A stretch of DNA of 39,909 bases from an uncultured Bdellovibrionales bacterium (GTDB lineage: Bacteria > Bdellovibrionota_C > UBA2361 > CAYTAW01), in the NCBI GenBank assembly GCA_964435675.1, contig CAYTAW010000001.1, positions 1 to 39,909 of the forward strand. Reading direction: 5' to 3'. Below, one piece after another: positions 39,202 through 39,909 of this stretch (position 1 is the stretch's first letter; each line of letters begins with the position of its first letter). The notes beneath the pieces are model-generated. The model saw only the letters and a list, made by a program, of their open reading frames with translations. It searched no databases and was not told the origin of the DNA. The translations under genes and the position numbers were made by a program.

Positions 39202-39909
39202 TTATGCCACTTCTTTAACTTTTTCGGCAAACTTATCACCGCCGTATTGCCCCTTAACCAGCTCAGCAATCTGCTTGGCCGTATAAGTATCGTCTAGGCT
39301 CTTGCCCGTCTGCTCTACGAAGTTACGAACACCCGCACCACAAGCCCCCGTCAAGGCGCGGTAAATGCCTATCCATTCTTTGCCTGTTGCTTTCTTTGGG
39401 ATTACGCCATCGAATTTGGCTACGACCTTGTACACCAAATCTTCCCGCGCTTCTTTGATGGTTGCGCCGTGCGCTGAATTGCCATTGTCATCACTGACAA
39501 CAAACAGGACTTTGCCAGAATCGGTTTTGACTTTCTTCACACCACCCTTATTAGAAATGACACGCGAGAAAACGTTATCCGTGAAATCAACGGCAACCCA
39601 TTTACCTTTTTCGACTATGTAATTTTGTCCGGCTTTAAGTTTTTTGCCGTCTACAATTCCAGCTAACCCACCAATAGGAATATACTTACCGTCTTTTATG
39701 ACATACTCGGAAGCCATAAGCAGGTTGCCCACATCACCCTTTACGGCGGCGCGGTAGCCTAATGCTGTACAGGCGCTATGTTCACCAGAGCATGCAGATT
39801 TGCTGTGGTTTCCGTTAGCAGCAGATTTGCTGGAGTATCCGTTAGCAGCAGATGTGCTGTAGTTTCCGTTAGCAGCAGATTTGCTGTAGTTTCCGTTAGC
39901 AGCAGATTT
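39202..39909 (-). CDS. 3' part of the nonapeptide-repeat protein (repeats plus a ~190-aa C-terminal domain); the ORF is open to the right edge
   Basis: The frame of ORF 39202..39732 stays open through 39909 (59 more codons, ending on a codon boundary). It reads KSAANGNYSKSAANGNYSTSAANGYSSKSAANGNHSKSACSGEHSACTALGYRAAVKGDVGNLLMASEY... Confidence 0.7.
   Translation of the reverse strand, partial: KSAANGNYSKSAANGNYSTSAANGYSSKSAANGNHSKSACSGEHSACTALGYRAAVKGDVGNLLMASEYVIKDGKYIPIGGLAGIVDGKKLKAGQNYIVEKGKWVAVDFTDNVFSRVISNKGGVKKVKTDSGKVLFVVSDDNGNSAHGATIKEAREDLVYKVVAKFDGVIPKKATGKEWIGIYRALTGACGAGVRNFVEQTGKSLDDTYTAKQIAELVKGQYGGDKFAEKVKEVA
39793..39909. repeat. 27-bp coding tandem repeat (right half of the array split by the window edge)
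   Basis: Units ...tttgctgtggtttccgttagcagcaga / tttgctggagtatccgttagcagcaga / tgtgctgtagtttccgttagcagcaga, matching nt 1-99. Confidence 0.9.

Larger units (their letters stand above)
1..39909. mobile_element. Complete temperate siphovirus (HK97-type head, lambda/GTA-type tail) genome, circularly permuted in this window
   Basis: Integrase, xis-like gene, att site, immunity switch, recombination, replication, packaging, head, tail and lysis modules are all present. No host genes were seen. The window edges join in frame inside one gene. Confidence 0.85.

Overview
The window reads as a complete, roughly 39.9-kb temperate siphovirus genome rather than a chromosomal segment. I found no host housekeeping genes. 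The two window edges fall inside one minus-strand gene and join in frame, so the molecule looks circular or terminally redundant, opened inside a 27-bp coding tandem repeat.

Layout:
- Leftward early operon on the minus strand (4347 down to 1, continuing 39909 down to 34790). It is a chain of ATGA/TAATG-coupled small genes. It includes a YqaJ-type exonuclease plus RecT, a Lar-like protein, an excisionase-like HTH and a tyrosine integrase.
- Att region (34449-34783). It holds the 3' 49 nt of a tRNA-Met-like gene, flanked by perfect 23-bp direct repeats.
- A+T-richer immunity region (4376-6690). It has repeated TTACAT-N3-ATGTAA operators, a repressor without a recognisable autocleavage domain, two envelope proteins and an SPPY DNA methyltransferase.
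- Rightward early genes (6686-10652): Cro-like, GapR/DUF2312-like, RusA, DUF1508 and a DUF4373-type replication initiator with internal iterons.
- A strong promoter followed about 40 nt later by a strong terminator, just upstream of the late operon.
- Late operon (10785-34449): TerS, TerL, HK97-type portal, Mu-F-like protein, prohead protease, major capsid, connector proteins, TP901-1/GTA-like major tail protein, a tail chaperone with a -1 frameshift, tape measure, a lambda/GTA-like tip (NlpC/P60, J-like protein), a multi-gene fibre locus and a lysis cassette.

Several marker families (GapR-like, the GTA-type chaperone extension, DUF3168, the fibre N-termini) suggest an alphaproteobacterial host. 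That is inference only.

Most unusual points:
- Four late structural-module proteins, including two paralogous tail fibres, carry Sec-type AXA signal peptides.
- A lectin-like/alpha-beta-hydrolase fusion is inserted between the head-closure and gp10-like genes.
- There is a lambda PR'-tR'-like late control element with no recognisable Q.
- A low-GC repressor-linked envelope/methylase cassette sits in the immunity region.
- A nonapeptide-repeat early protein spans the junction.

All family assignments come from motif recognition by eye. No searches were run.
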